Shown: positions 1 to 7,238 of the stretch, piece after piece
Layout: each line of letters starts with the position of its first letter
Position numbering within the stretch: position 1 is the stretch's first letter
NCBI GenBank assembly: GCA_900551585.1
Contig: URWU01000002.1
Coordinates: forward strand, 1-35,112
DNA: 35,112 nucleotides
Source of the DNA: an uncultured Alphaproteobacteria bacterium
GTDB lineage: Bacteria > Pseudomonadota > Alphaproteobacteria > RF32 > CAG-239
Reading direction: 5' to 3'
The notes under the pieces: generated by a model
The model's database searches: none
Seen by the model: the letters and a program-made list of their open reading frames with translations, nothing else
What the model was told of the DNA's origin: nothing
Translations under genes and position numbers: made by a program

Positions 1-302
1 AGAAGTTGCATTGGTATGATGCAGCAATCTATTGCAAGACTGTTGTGATTAACGGCATCACATCGCGGTTATGTCCGGCAGATGAGAGTTGGAAAACTGA
101 ATTCAAAAAAATAGCCGGTAACTTGTATAAAGCTCTGTTTGAAATCGGAGCCGAGAATCTTGATGATTTAACTTGGGCTGCGGAGTGTAATGGCAACTAC
201 GCTTGGGGCCAGTACTTCGGTAATGGCAATGTGACCAGCTACGGTAAGACATTCTCTAGCGGTTACGTTCGCCCGGTTCTGATTTTGGATAAAAAGATTT
301 AG
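1..302 (+). CDS. DUF1566/Lcl-C-terminal-like (lectin-fold-like) protein, 5' end cut by window edge; paralog of 338..841
   Basis: The frame is open from the window edge. Residues KLHWYDAAIYCKTVVINGITS...AW..YFGNGNV...YVRPVLILD run parallel to the C-terminal half of the next ORF. The pattern W-x-x-A-x-x-C ... AW ... G ... VRP matches my memory of the DUF1566 consensus. Confidence 0.6.
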   Translation, partial: KLHWYDAAIYCKTVVINGITSRLCPADESWKTEFKKIAGNLYKALFEIGAENLDDLTWAAECNGNYAWGQYFGNGNVTSYGKTFSSGYVRPVLILDKKI

Positions 303-337
303 ACCGGTAAAATTATTAATAACAAAATATAAGTATT

Positions 338-841
338 ATGGACAAAGAAAATTCCATTAAAGCTGTTATCGAATTAATTAACAGCCTTGGCATTGAAAAT
401 GAAATTAGAGAAGCTTTAATTTCAAAAAAGGCTACGGAACGAAAAGAAAAGACTTCCAACGGGTATCAGATTTATTATGACGAAGCCTCTGGTGAAGCAG
501 TCGGAATAGTCTATAAGAATATGGTTTTTCTTAAAAATACTTCAGAAAAGAAGTTGCATTGGTATGATGCAGCAATCTATTGCAAGACTGTTGTGATTAA
601 CGGTATCACATCGCAGTTATGTCCGGCAGATGAGAGTTGGAAAACTGAATTCAAAAGGATAGCTAGGGGGGTGTATAAAGCTTTGCTTGAAATCGGAGCT
701 GAGAAACTTGATTGTTTGACTTGGGCTTCTGAATATAATGCCAAATGTGCCTGGTATCAACGATTCAGTGACGGCCTCATATACAACTTTTATTGTAAGG
801 ATAACTATAACTACGTTCGCCCGGTCCTGATTTTAGATTGA
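338..841 (+). CDS. DUF1566/Lcl-C-terminal-like domain protein (167 aa)
   Basis: Complete ORF followed by a strong hairpin terminator. The C-terminal 95 aa are homologous to ORF 1..302 (nt 549-656 almost identical to nt 1-108). It ends in the same YVRPVLILD motif. Confidence 0.65.
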   Translation: MDKENSIKAVIELINSLGIENEIREALISKKATERKEKTSNGYQIYYDEASGEAVGIVYKNMVFLKNTSEKKLHWYDAAIYCKTVVINGITSQLCPADESWKTEFKRIARGVYKALLEIGAEKLDCLTWASEYNAKCAWYQRFSDGLIYNFYCKDNYNYVRPVLILD

Positions 842-865
842 TCTTAATCACTTAACTTGTCAACA

Positions 866-903
866 AAAAGGTTCCCCATAATGAGGAACCTTTTGTTGTT
901 TTT
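866..903 (+). terminator. Rho-independent terminator
   Basis: Perfect 10-bp stem AAAAGGTTCC/GGAACCTTTT (866-875/885-894) followed by a T-rich run. Confidence 0.8.
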
Positions 904-975
904 CAAGCCTTTTTATCATGGTATTATACTTGTTCTGACCGCAAAACAGACTATATATGAGACGGGAGAAATTTT

Positions 976-1893
976 ATGAACTATCTGTATCTGATTATTT
1001 CCGGAATCCTCTTCGGCGGCATTGTTTTCGGCGGCAAGGTTTTATCAAACATGGGCGCGAGTCTGTTTGAGATAATGCTTTATCCGAACATCATTCCGGC
1101 TGTGCTGCTGTTCTATTTTGCCCGCAAAGATTTGCATAAATTGTTTATGCTGCCGCTGAGTTTCTCGCTGCTGCTGATTGCCGCCATGTTTTTTATCACG
1201 GTCGGACAATATGCGCCGCTGTTTTTCCACATTCCCGTCACGCTTGTGGTTTTGCTGCTGTATCTGCAGCCGGTCTGGACGATATTGATTGACAAGTTTT
1301 ATTATCATCATCAAACCTCGCGGCGTGAATGGCTGCTGGTTGTTTCAATGATTATCGGCCTGGTCGTTCTGATAAATCCTTTTGCCGATGTTCGTTTTGC
1401 GGCCGGCGGTGTGATTTTGGCATTACTCGGCGGTTTGGGTATTTCGGTCTGGGTTTTCACCACCAAATTTTTGACGGCGCAAGATGTCAGCCCTTGGGGC
1501 ACTTTCTGGATTTGCTGCGTTTATTCGGCCATTCCGGTCGTTATGCTCTATGCCGGATTGAATGAATACGGATATGGAAACTCGCCGCTGGCGGCTTTTT
1601 CCGCGACTATTTCACCCAAGCTTTGGGCGGCATTTCTGTTTTACAGCATGGTTATTGTCGCATTGCCGAATTTGCTGGTTTTTTATCACAACAAAACTGT
1701 TCCGGCGCCGCAGATAGGCATGATTCTGCTGCTCGAGCCGCTGACCGGTATCATCCTTGATGTAATCTTTTTGAATATGCAGCTGACCTGGAATATTGTT
1801 CTGGGCGGCTTAATCATTCTGATAGCCAATCTGATAATGATTTTTCAGCCTCAGGCGGCAAAAATAAATTTGGAAAAACAAGAGATTAAATAA
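976..1893 (+). CDS. EamA/DMT-superfamily transporter (about 10 TM helices)
   Basis: 305 aa, almost entirely hydrophobic helices in two similar halves. GGGAG RBS lies 7 nt upstream of the ATG. Confidence 0.75.
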   Translation: MNYLYLIISGILFGGIVFGGKVLSNMGASLFEIMLYPNIIPAVLLFYFARKDLHKLFMLPLSFSLLLIAAMFFITVGQYAPLFFHIPVTLVVLLLYLQPVWTILIDKFYYHHQTSRREWLLVVSMIIGLVVLINPFADVRFAAGGVILALLGGLGISVWVFTTKFLTAQDVSPWGTFWICCVYSAIPVVMLYAGLNEYGYGNSPLAAFSATISPKLWAAFLFYSMVIVALPNLLVFYHNKTVPAPQIGMILLLEPLTGIILDVIFLNMQLTWNIVLGGLIILIANLIMIFQPQAAKINLEKQEIK

Positions 1894-2081
1894 GAAAATA
1901 TTTAGACAAAAAGATTGACGAATCGGAGTGATTGTGCTATGGTAAGACAATTTATTAAACCTCTGTCTATTATTCGTAAAAATTTTTCATAATGATAATT
2001 TGAAGTTTAGCTTCTTGTTACCGATGGATAATAGAATGATATTTCAGAGGCATTTAGACTAACAATTTAATTTTTTTCGTT

Positions 2082-2270
2082 ATGAAAACAAGACATTATT
2101 TTTTGATTTTGGCGACAATTTTGTTGGCAACGGGTGAGGGATTAGCTGCTTTTAGAAATATTGATTTGGCAGCCGTTTTCATTTCTGTTGCCGGAATTTG
2201 CAGCTGGGTTTGGCTGATTTTGAAACTCAGAGCCAGCTACCAAATCCGCCGTTACGGATTTGAATATTAG
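2082..2270 (+). CDS. small two-TM membrane protein, hypothetical
   Basis: 62-aa ORF with two hydrophobic segments. Upstream promoter-like TTGACG-17-TATGGT (1915-1943); downstream terminator at 2292-2331. Confidence 0.4.
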   Translation: MKTRHYFLILATILLATGEGLAAFRNIDLAAVFISVAGICSWVWLILKLRASYQIRRYGFEY

Positions 2271-2291
2271 CAAAATCCGACTTCTGTTAAA

Positions 2292-2331
2292 AATACACCG
2301 AAACCCTGAAAAGTTTCAGTGTATTTTTTTT
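2292..2331 (+). terminator. Rho-independent terminator
   Basis: Stem AATACACCGAAAC/GTTTCAGTGTATT with one mismatch, followed by T8. Confidence 0.7.
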
Positions 2332-2432
2332 ATTTAAATAAGTGCCTGAAAAGGGGAGAAAAAAATGATTGCAATGTCAAAGATGATGATTTAGTCTGAA
2401 ACCGATAAAACTGATTATTAACTTAAATAAAT

Positions 2433-3158
2433 ATGATTATGAACATTGTAGAAATGATGAGAAAACTCGGCGAATTTGCAAAAAAAGAAGAATTTAGCGA
2501 GAACTTTTTGATTTCTGAATTCGGAAAAGACGGTTTTAATTATCTGAAAGAAAGGCAGTTAATCCGCCGCGCAAGCAAAGTCAGCGTTGCGCAATATATT
2601 GAAGAATTGCAGCACATTTCGCCCAAAAATCTGGCCGCTTTTCGCAAGCTTATCCGCGGCGAAAATCCGCAGCCGGAGTTATTGACCTCCGTCAGCGCAA
2701 AAGCAGAACCTTTGCCGTTGGTTTACTATCCCAAAGGGGAAACTTGCATCAGCTGCTTTAGCTTTACGATTGATAACATCAGGGAGCTGAAGCAAAACCC
2801 TTGTTATATCACTACCAGCGATCCGCGTTTTGACAACGTTTTGGGCTATGAGCTGGAAAAAGGCTTAACGGTAACAAGATACAGCGGTGTCGGTTATTAT
2901 CCGCGCAATTGCCATGTCATTGCGGAAAAGTTCGGCGGCAGAATCCCAGATACAGAGGAAATGTTAAAAATCATCACTAATCTTGACCGCGTTAACCAAA
3001 CGGCGTTGAGTATTGATGAAGATACTCTGTACAAAGGATACTACCTGGTTCGTGAAAAAATGTCCGCTTCCTCTTTTACGGTTATCAATATCGAAAATCC
3101 GGATGATTGCAGACAGATTAAGTATAACGAAACATGCTGTTTTGTCACTGTAAAATAA
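2433..3158 (+). CDS. hypothetical protein with DUF1566-like C-terminal module
   Basis: 241-aa ORF. C-terminal CHVIAEKFGGRIPDTEEMLKI ... YYLVRE ... CCFVTVK resembles the A-x-x-C-x-x-x-GGRLPT-x-EEL core of DUF1566/Lcl-C domains. The N-terminal half is unassigned. Confidence 0.55.
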   Translation: MIMNIVEMMRKLGEFAKKEEFSENFLISEFGKDGFNYLKERQLIRRASKVSVAQYIEELQHISPKNLAAFRKLIRGENPQPELLTSVSAKAEPLPLVYYPKGETCISCFSFTIDNIRELKQNPCYITTSDPRFDNVLGYELEKGLTVTRYSGVGYYPRNCHVIAEKFGGRIPDTEEMLKIITNLDRVNQTALSIDEDTLYKGYYLVREKMSASSFTVINIENPDDCRQIKYNETCCFVTVK

Positions 3159-3173
3159 ATTTCTGCAAAGCCA

Positions 3174-3206
3174 AAAGCCGTCTCATTGATTTGAGCGGCT
3201 TTTTTG
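3174..3206 (+). terminator. Rho-independent terminator
   Basis: AAAAGCCGTCTC / GAGCGGCTTTT stem with one bulge, followed by a T-run. Confidence 0.65.
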
Positions 3207-3235
3207 CTGAAGTTTTATCTCCGTTCAAAAGATTA

Positions 3236-3264
3236 TTGCATATTAATTAATTTTAATGTAGAGT
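3236..3264 (+). promoter_or_regulatory. sigma70-like promoter of the structured RNA / HTH gene
   Basis: TTGCAT (3236-3241), exactly 17-nt AT-rich spacer, TAGAGT (3259-3264). Confidence 0.45.
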
Positions 3265-3270
3265 CTTTTC

Positions 3271-3544
3271 GTGTTCATCGGGGCAAATTGATGAACTAGA
3301 ATCCATTGGGATTCGGGGTGTCAGAACCCTTATAGTAAGCAGCACAATGAATATGGGTGCTGTGACTTGAGACTGGATAAAATTCAGAATCAGGACTAAT
3401 ATTCCTCGACTGCAACTGCTGAGCAGTCACTCTTGTAGTCGGGGAGCCCTGAAATAGGAACTTTGGTTCTAACTAAAGGGATCATTACTTACTATATGAT
3501 TCTGAACTCCCCGGCGCCTCTCATTTGGAGAGGTATTTTTTTTT
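3271..3544 (+). ncRNA. unclassified highly structured RNA: either a stand-alone sRNA or a terminator-containing 5' leader of the 3560 gene
   Basis: No ORF longer than a few codons. At least six perfect local hairpins, plus long-range complementarities 3331-3339/3488-3496, 3383-3391/3498-3506 and 3440-3446/3507-3513. Ends in hairpin CCTCTC/GAGAGG (3517-3522/3528-3533) followed by a T-rich run (TA then T9, 3534-3544). Confidence 0.5.
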
Positions 3545-3559
3545 ATGCAGGAGAGTAAA

Positions 3560-3865
3560 ATGAGACAGGAAATTGCCGACCACATAGCCAAAGAGCTAAA
3601 AGACCATAAAGATTTAATCAATAAAATCAGAGCCGAAATGATATTTTTACGTGAGCAGTCAGGCTTGTCCTATGAGGAAATTTCTTATCTCAGCGGCTGC
3701 TGCGTTGAAAAGATAAAAGCGCAGGAAAACGGGGCTTCCGAAGCAGATTTAACGGTTATTTCTCCGGTTGTTCTGATTTATTACATGTTTGTTTTTGACA
3801 TTGTTCCGACATGGCTGCATGAGCGGCTTTTCCTTTTCCGCAACAACCGCCAAACCGTCTGGTAA
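3560..3865 (+). CDS. small HTH (XRE-like) protein with hydrophobic C-terminal tail
   Basis: AGGAG RBS (3550-3554) 5 nt before the ATG at 3560; the ORF-track ATG at 3545 sits inside the terminator T-run. LSYEEISYLSGCCVEKIKAQENG looks like a helix-turn-helix. The C-terminus VISPVVLIYYMFVFDIV is hydrophobic. Confidence 0.45.
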   Translation: MRQEIADHIAKELKDHKDLINKIRAEMIFLREQSGLSYEEISYLSGCCVEKIKAQENGASEADLTVISPVVLIYYMFVFDIVPTWLHERLFLFRNNRQTVW

Positions 3866-3964
3866 ATCAGCATCCGGCTGTCATATCTTCCAATCTTCTT
3901 GCCGGTGTCGGTGCAAAGGACAATAGGCCGGCCGGTTTAGTTTAGAGAAATATCGCAGCGACAT

Positions 3965-4039
3965 TGTCATGTTGAGCGAAGCCGAAACATCTCAGCCTTA
4001 TTAATTTGCTGAGACTCTTCGACTACGCTCAGAGTGACA
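3965..4039. repeat. imperfect palindromic intergenic element (REP/MITE-like)
   Basis: Outer arms TGTCATGTTGAGCGAAGCCGAA / TTCGACTACGCTCAGAGTGACA and inner arms CATCTCAGC / GCTGAGACT are imperfect inverted repeats around an AT loop. Confidence 0.6.
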
Positions 4040-4075
4040 AAATCCTAAGTTCTTTCAAAACCAATGATTTTTGTC

Positions 4076-4094
4076 AATTTGCTGAGACTCTTCG
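4076..4094. repeat. second partial copy of the right inner arm of the palindromic element
   Basis: AATTTGCTGAGACTCTTCG is identical at 4003-4021 and 4076-4094. Confidence 0.7.
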
Positions 4095-4472
4095 GCGGTG
4101 TTTGTGATGATACCTTTTGACTGTTCGCAGACGGTCAGGGGAGGCTGTTTAGAAAAAAATTATAAGAAAAGGCTTGAATTATCAAAATGATGTGATATAT
4201 ACCTGTTTCGAAATTTGATTATTATAAACAAAAAAATATATACACCATGAGAACTTATTATTTAGCCTTAATCGTTTTGTGGCTTTTATGGGAATGTGAT
4301 TTCAACTTTTTTCCCGCTGCTGCCACGAGTGTAAAACCCAATCTTTTTGAGCTTGAATATGCCCCTCCGCCGATAAGCGCTGCCGCAGATACTGTTTCAT
4401 GTATCGCTGCCGTTCCGTCTTGTCCTGCAGATTTTAAGGTCAGAACATTCCGCTCGGAAGATTAATCAAATT

Positions 4473-4520
4473 AAAAGCCCCGGATAACTTATCATTGACG
4501 ATAACTTTTCCGGGGCTTTT
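4473..4520. terminator. bidirectional hairpin terminator (downstream of hsp20 on the minus strand)
   Basis: 12-bp perfect arms AAAAGCCCCGGA / TCCGGGGCTTTT with a 24-nt loop. A-run and T-run flank both sides. Confidence 0.6.
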
Positions 4521-4535
4521 CAGCGATTATGGAGT

Positions 4536-5012
4536 TTATTTGTTTTTCTTGACGCTGATTTTTTTGACCTTTTGTTTTTCAATTTGGGTCTTGGGGATTG
4601 AGACGGTTAAAACGCCGTCGTTATATTCGGCATTGGCCTGGTCAAAGTTCAAATCCCACGGCAGCGGAATAGTGCGCGAAACTTTGCCGTAATACATTTC
4701 TGAAAAATAGCTGCCTTCGCTGTTGTCTTCATTTTGCTGGCGTTTTTCGCCGCTGATGGTCAGATATCCGTCAGAAGAAATCTGCACGTCCATATCTTTT
4801 TCGGCCACGCCCGGCATTTCGGCAGAAACAACAACCGCGTCTTTTTTGTTGTTGACTTCGATTTTGGGTTCCATTTCTTCCATGTCATGAGTTTTCGGAA
4901 AATCAAACATATTCCAAAAATGGTGCAAAAAATTATGCATTTCGCCGCCGGTATGATGAATTGAAACATCTTGATTGGTGTTGTTTTTTGAAGTGGTGAC
5001 TTCGTTTCTCAT
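4536..5012 (-). CDS. Hsp20/alpha-crystallin family small heat-shock protein
   Basis: The alpha-crystallin domain is recognisable (VVVSAEMPGV..KDMDVQISSDGYLTISGEK ... AEYNDGVLTVSIPK). I prefer the ATG at 5012 (GGAGGA 5 nt upstream) over the ORF-track start at 5024. Confidence 0.9.
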   Translation of the reverse strand: MRNEVTTSKNNTNQDVSIHHTGGEMHNFLHHFWNMFDFPKTHDMEEMEPKIEVNNKKDAVVVSAEMPGVAEKDMDVQISSDGYLTISGEKRQQNEDNSEGSYFSEMYYGKVSRTIPLPWDLNFDQANAEYNDGVLTVSIPKTQIEKQKVKKISVKKNK

Positions 5013-5048
5013 AGTATCCTCCATAAAGGTTATTAAGATTAAAATTTT

Positions 5049-5300
5049 TTAATTCCTGCGCGCCGCAATCATTTCTTCCAATTTGATTTTGGCTTTGTCC
5101 AGCTGCTCGACATTATCAAGCTTGTCGCCGGCGCGGTTCATATAAAACAGCAGGCGGTGCAGAGCCAAGGTTGGGTCATTCTCGGCGCCTTTCATCAAAA
5201 TTTTGACAACCTCGTCAGCATTTTGGGTAAAGGTTCCGGGCGGAGTGTGGTAATGTGTTTTGACTTCCTCGCTCCAGTAAGGATTTTCACTGGTTTCCAT
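5049..5300 (-). CDS. DUF3175-like small protein
   Basis: 83 aa. AGGAG RBS. LALHRLLFYMNRAGDKLDNVEQLDKAKIKLEEM matches the remembered DUF3175 pattern (..FYINRAGK.L......L..AK.EL). It lies 36 nt upstream of hsp20, so the two are probably co-transcribed. Confidence 0.6.
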   Translation of the reverse strand: METSENPYWSEEVKTHYHTPPGTFTQNADEVVKILMKGAENDPTLALHRLLFYMNRAGDKLDNVEQLDKAKIKLEEMIAARRN

Positions 5301-5381
5301 TATTGTCTCCTTGTTTTTGTTTACTTATAATATGTAAGGAGAAACAGGCAGCGTTTCAGCCTGACCGAAAGTATAAGGGCT

Positions 5382-5408
5382 GAAAAAAAGCCCCTTAAAA
5401 AAGGGGCT
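5382..5408 (-). terminator. Rho-independent terminator of the CNNM gene
   Basis: AGCCCCTT/AAGGGGCT stem; on the minus strand it is followed by T8. Confidence 0.75.
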
Positions 5409-5412
5409 GCGA

Positions 5413-6465
5413 TTATTTTGATTTTTTCTTGCCTTGGGCGGCGCTTTCTTTTTGTTCTTTGCGCTTTTTCCACTTCATCTTGGCATAAAGGCGCATATCG
5501 GCAACCTGGTCGGTTTCATCAACAATCTCTTTGCCGAGAATGGTTTCGATAATATCTTCCAGAGTGATGATGCCGGCCCAGTTTTCAAACTGGTCAATCA
5601 CAAGAGCCATGTGGTTGCGGTCGTCAATCATATTAGACAAGACCAGCTCCAGAGGCGCCTCGGTGGAATAACTGCGCATAGGACGCGCATATTCCTCAAC
5701 CAGCTCGCCGTCTTGGGCTTTGTATGAGCTCGATTTGTGAATATAACCCAAAAAGTTTTGTTCATGCTCGTCCACAATCGGAAAACGGGAGAAAGGCGAG
5801 GTGGTGACAAACTCGTCAAACTCCTTGATTGTCATTTTCGGGCGTACCGAGTGCACGACAATGCGCGGCGTCATAATGTCTTTGACTTTCACTTCCTGCA
5901 AATTGACGATATTGGCAATGACGCGGTATTTGTTCTCGTCAATGATTTTTTCATCGCGTCCCATTTTGGCAAGCGCTTTAATCTCGTCTTTAATATCGGA
6001 ATCATTTTCGCCGTTGCTCTCAAACCAGCGGGTAATCAGTTTTGACATCCACAAAAAAGGCTTGAGGAGAAACATCATAATCTCAAGTGTAATAACCATT
6101 GAGGGAATCAGCTTTTTCCAATATTTGGCGCCGATGCTTTTGGGCAGAATTTCAGATAAAACCAAAATAGCAATTGTCATCAAGCCGGAAGCCAGGCCGA
6201 TATAAGCATTGCCGTACATTTCGGCAACCTGTGCGCCGACGCCGGTTGCGCCGACCGTGTGGGCAATTGTGTTCAAAGAGAGAATGGCCGCCAGCGGATT
6301 GTCAATATTCTGCTTCATATAAGAAACTTTTTTATAAAGCCGGGGGCTTTTGTCTTCCAGCTGGGCAATGTAGCTGGGGGTAATCGAAAGAAGCGCCGCT
6401 TCCATAACCGAGCATAAAAACGAAATGCCGATGGCCATCAGCGCAAAGAAAATTAAAACTGTCAT
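5413..6465 (-). CDS. CNNM/DUF21 + CBS-pair transporter (HlyC/CorC family, without the CorC_HlyC C-terminal domain)
   Basis: N-terminal four-TM DUF21-like region (ALLSITP.., LNTIAHTVGATGVG), then a CBS pair (VKDIMTPR..., HMALVIDQFENWAGIITLEDIIETILG) and a lysine-rich tail. Confidence 0.85.
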   Translation of the reverse strand: MTVLIFFALMAIGISFLCSVMEAALLSITPSYIAQLEDKSPRLYKKVSYMKQNIDNPLAAILSLNTIAHTVGATGVGAQVAEMYGNAYIGLASGLMTIAILVLSEILPKSIGAKYWKKLIPSMVITLEIMMFLLKPFLWMSKLITRWFESNGENDSDIKDEIKALAKMGRDEKIIDENKYRVIANIVNLQEVKVKDIMTPRIVVHSVRPKMTIKEFDEFVTTSPFSRFPIVDEHEQNFLGYIHKSSSYKAQDGELVEEYARPMRSYSTEAPLELVLSNMIDDRNHMALVIDQFENWAGIITLEDIIETILGKEIVDETDQVADMRLYAKMKWKKRKEQKESAAQGKKKSK

Positions 6466-6583
6466 TTTGTTTTATTATAACCTTACATTGTTGCTTAACA
6501 TTCTTTAAGATAACAAAAATTTCTGGAAAAATAAAGCCTGTTGTGTTATTTATAAGATTATATAAATTTTGAAAGCAAAAGCC

Positions 6584-7237
6584 ATGGCTAAAAAAATTGC
6601 CTTTGTCAGTGATTTTGACGGAACAATCAGCCCGGAAGACTTTTTCTGGTATGTTTCCGAACGCTATCTCGATGAACAGGCTCTCGCGCCGTGGCAGCGC
6701 TATCTGGAGGGCAGGGAGACGCATTTAAACGCGCTCAATCAGATATTTGCCCAAATCCACGTTCCTGTTGCGGCTTTTGATGATTTTATCAAAACCATTC
6801 CTTATGATAAAGATTTTCCCAAAACGGCTGTTCTCTGCCGCGAGAAAAATATTCCCTTTTACATTTGCAGCGCTGGTTGTGATTATTATATTAATCGTAT
6901 TATCGGTCCGGTGATGAAAGCTGAAAACATCTCGCTGGTAACCAATCACGGCGTTTACAGCGAAGAAAACGGCCTGAAGATGATTCCGCCGCCGCCGGCC
7001 AGCCCGTATTATGATGCCAAGGTCGGCATTTCCAAAGCTGCCGTTGTGCAGAAACTGAAAAACGAGGGCTATTTTGTCGTCTTTGCCGGAGACGGTCCGC
7101 CCGATGTTGCCCCGGCGGCTCTTGCCGATGTGGTTTTTGCCAAAAAGATTTTGCGCGAGCGTTGCCCGGAGCATGGCATAGACTATTGCAAATTGACGGA
7201 TTTTAACGATATTTACCGCTATTTATCGGAGGTTTAA
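6584..7237 (+). CDS. HAD-IB phosphatase, MtnX-like
   Basis: DFDGT motif I (FVSDFDGTIS), IPFYICSAGCDYYI, and GDGPPDV..AD.VFAK motif IV. The ATG at 6584 is preferred over the TTG at 6569. Confidence 0.75.
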   Translation: MAKKIAFVSDFDGTISPEDFFWYVSERYLDEQALAPWQRYLEGRETHLNALNQIFAQIHVPVAAFDDFIKTIPYDKDFPKTAVLCREKNIPFYICSAGCDYYINRIIGPVMKAENISLVTNHGVYSEENGLKMIPPPPASPYYDAKVGISKAAVVQKLKNEGYFVVFAGDGPPDVAPAALADVVFAKKILRERCPEHGIDYCKLTDFNDIYRYLSEV

Positions 7238-7238
7238 C

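Noticed and set aside
3315-3406. Partial resemblance to a TPP (THI-box) riboswitch: GGGGTG/GGGTGC, TGAGA, CTGGATAA and a following AGGA...TCCT hairpin.
   Set aside because: The elements are in the wrong spacing. No P3 hairpin fits between GGGTGC and TGAGA, and there is no ACCTGATCTGGATAATGCCAGCG block. The downstream gene is an HTH protein, not a thiamine gene. I judge it to be chance similarity.
3271-3544. Whether the structured RNA is a known housekeeping RNA: two-piece alphaproteobacterial tmRNA, RNase P RNA, SRP/4.5S or 6S.
   Set aside because: - There is no T-arm GGTTCGA-type loop followed by an ACCA acceptor end, and no alanine-rich tag frame.
- There is no GGAAAGTCC/ACAGAAA (RNase P) and no GGUCCGGAAGGAAGCAGC (SRP).
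- The fold is multi-hairpin rather than the single long bubble-containing helix of 6S.
3271-3865. Type III toxin-antitoxin (ToxIN-like: RNA repeats, terminator, toxin) or retron msr/msd.
   Set aside because: The RNA has no tandem direct repeats. The downstream ORF looks like an HTH protein rather than an endoribonuclease. There is no reverse transcriptase gene anywhere in the window.
4495-4969. ORFs 4495..4692, 4734..4964 and 4760..4969.
   Set aside because: They overlap the well-supported Hsp20 gene on the opposite strand or in another frame. They have no independent signals.
5332-5360. RpoH (sigma-32)-type heat-shock promoter upstream of the DUF3175-hsp20 pair (minus strand GCTGAA-N16-CTTACAT).
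   Set aside because: It matches the alphaproteobacterial CTTG-N17-CYTATNT consensus only partially: two mismatches in the -35 and one in the -10. That is too weak to call from sequence.
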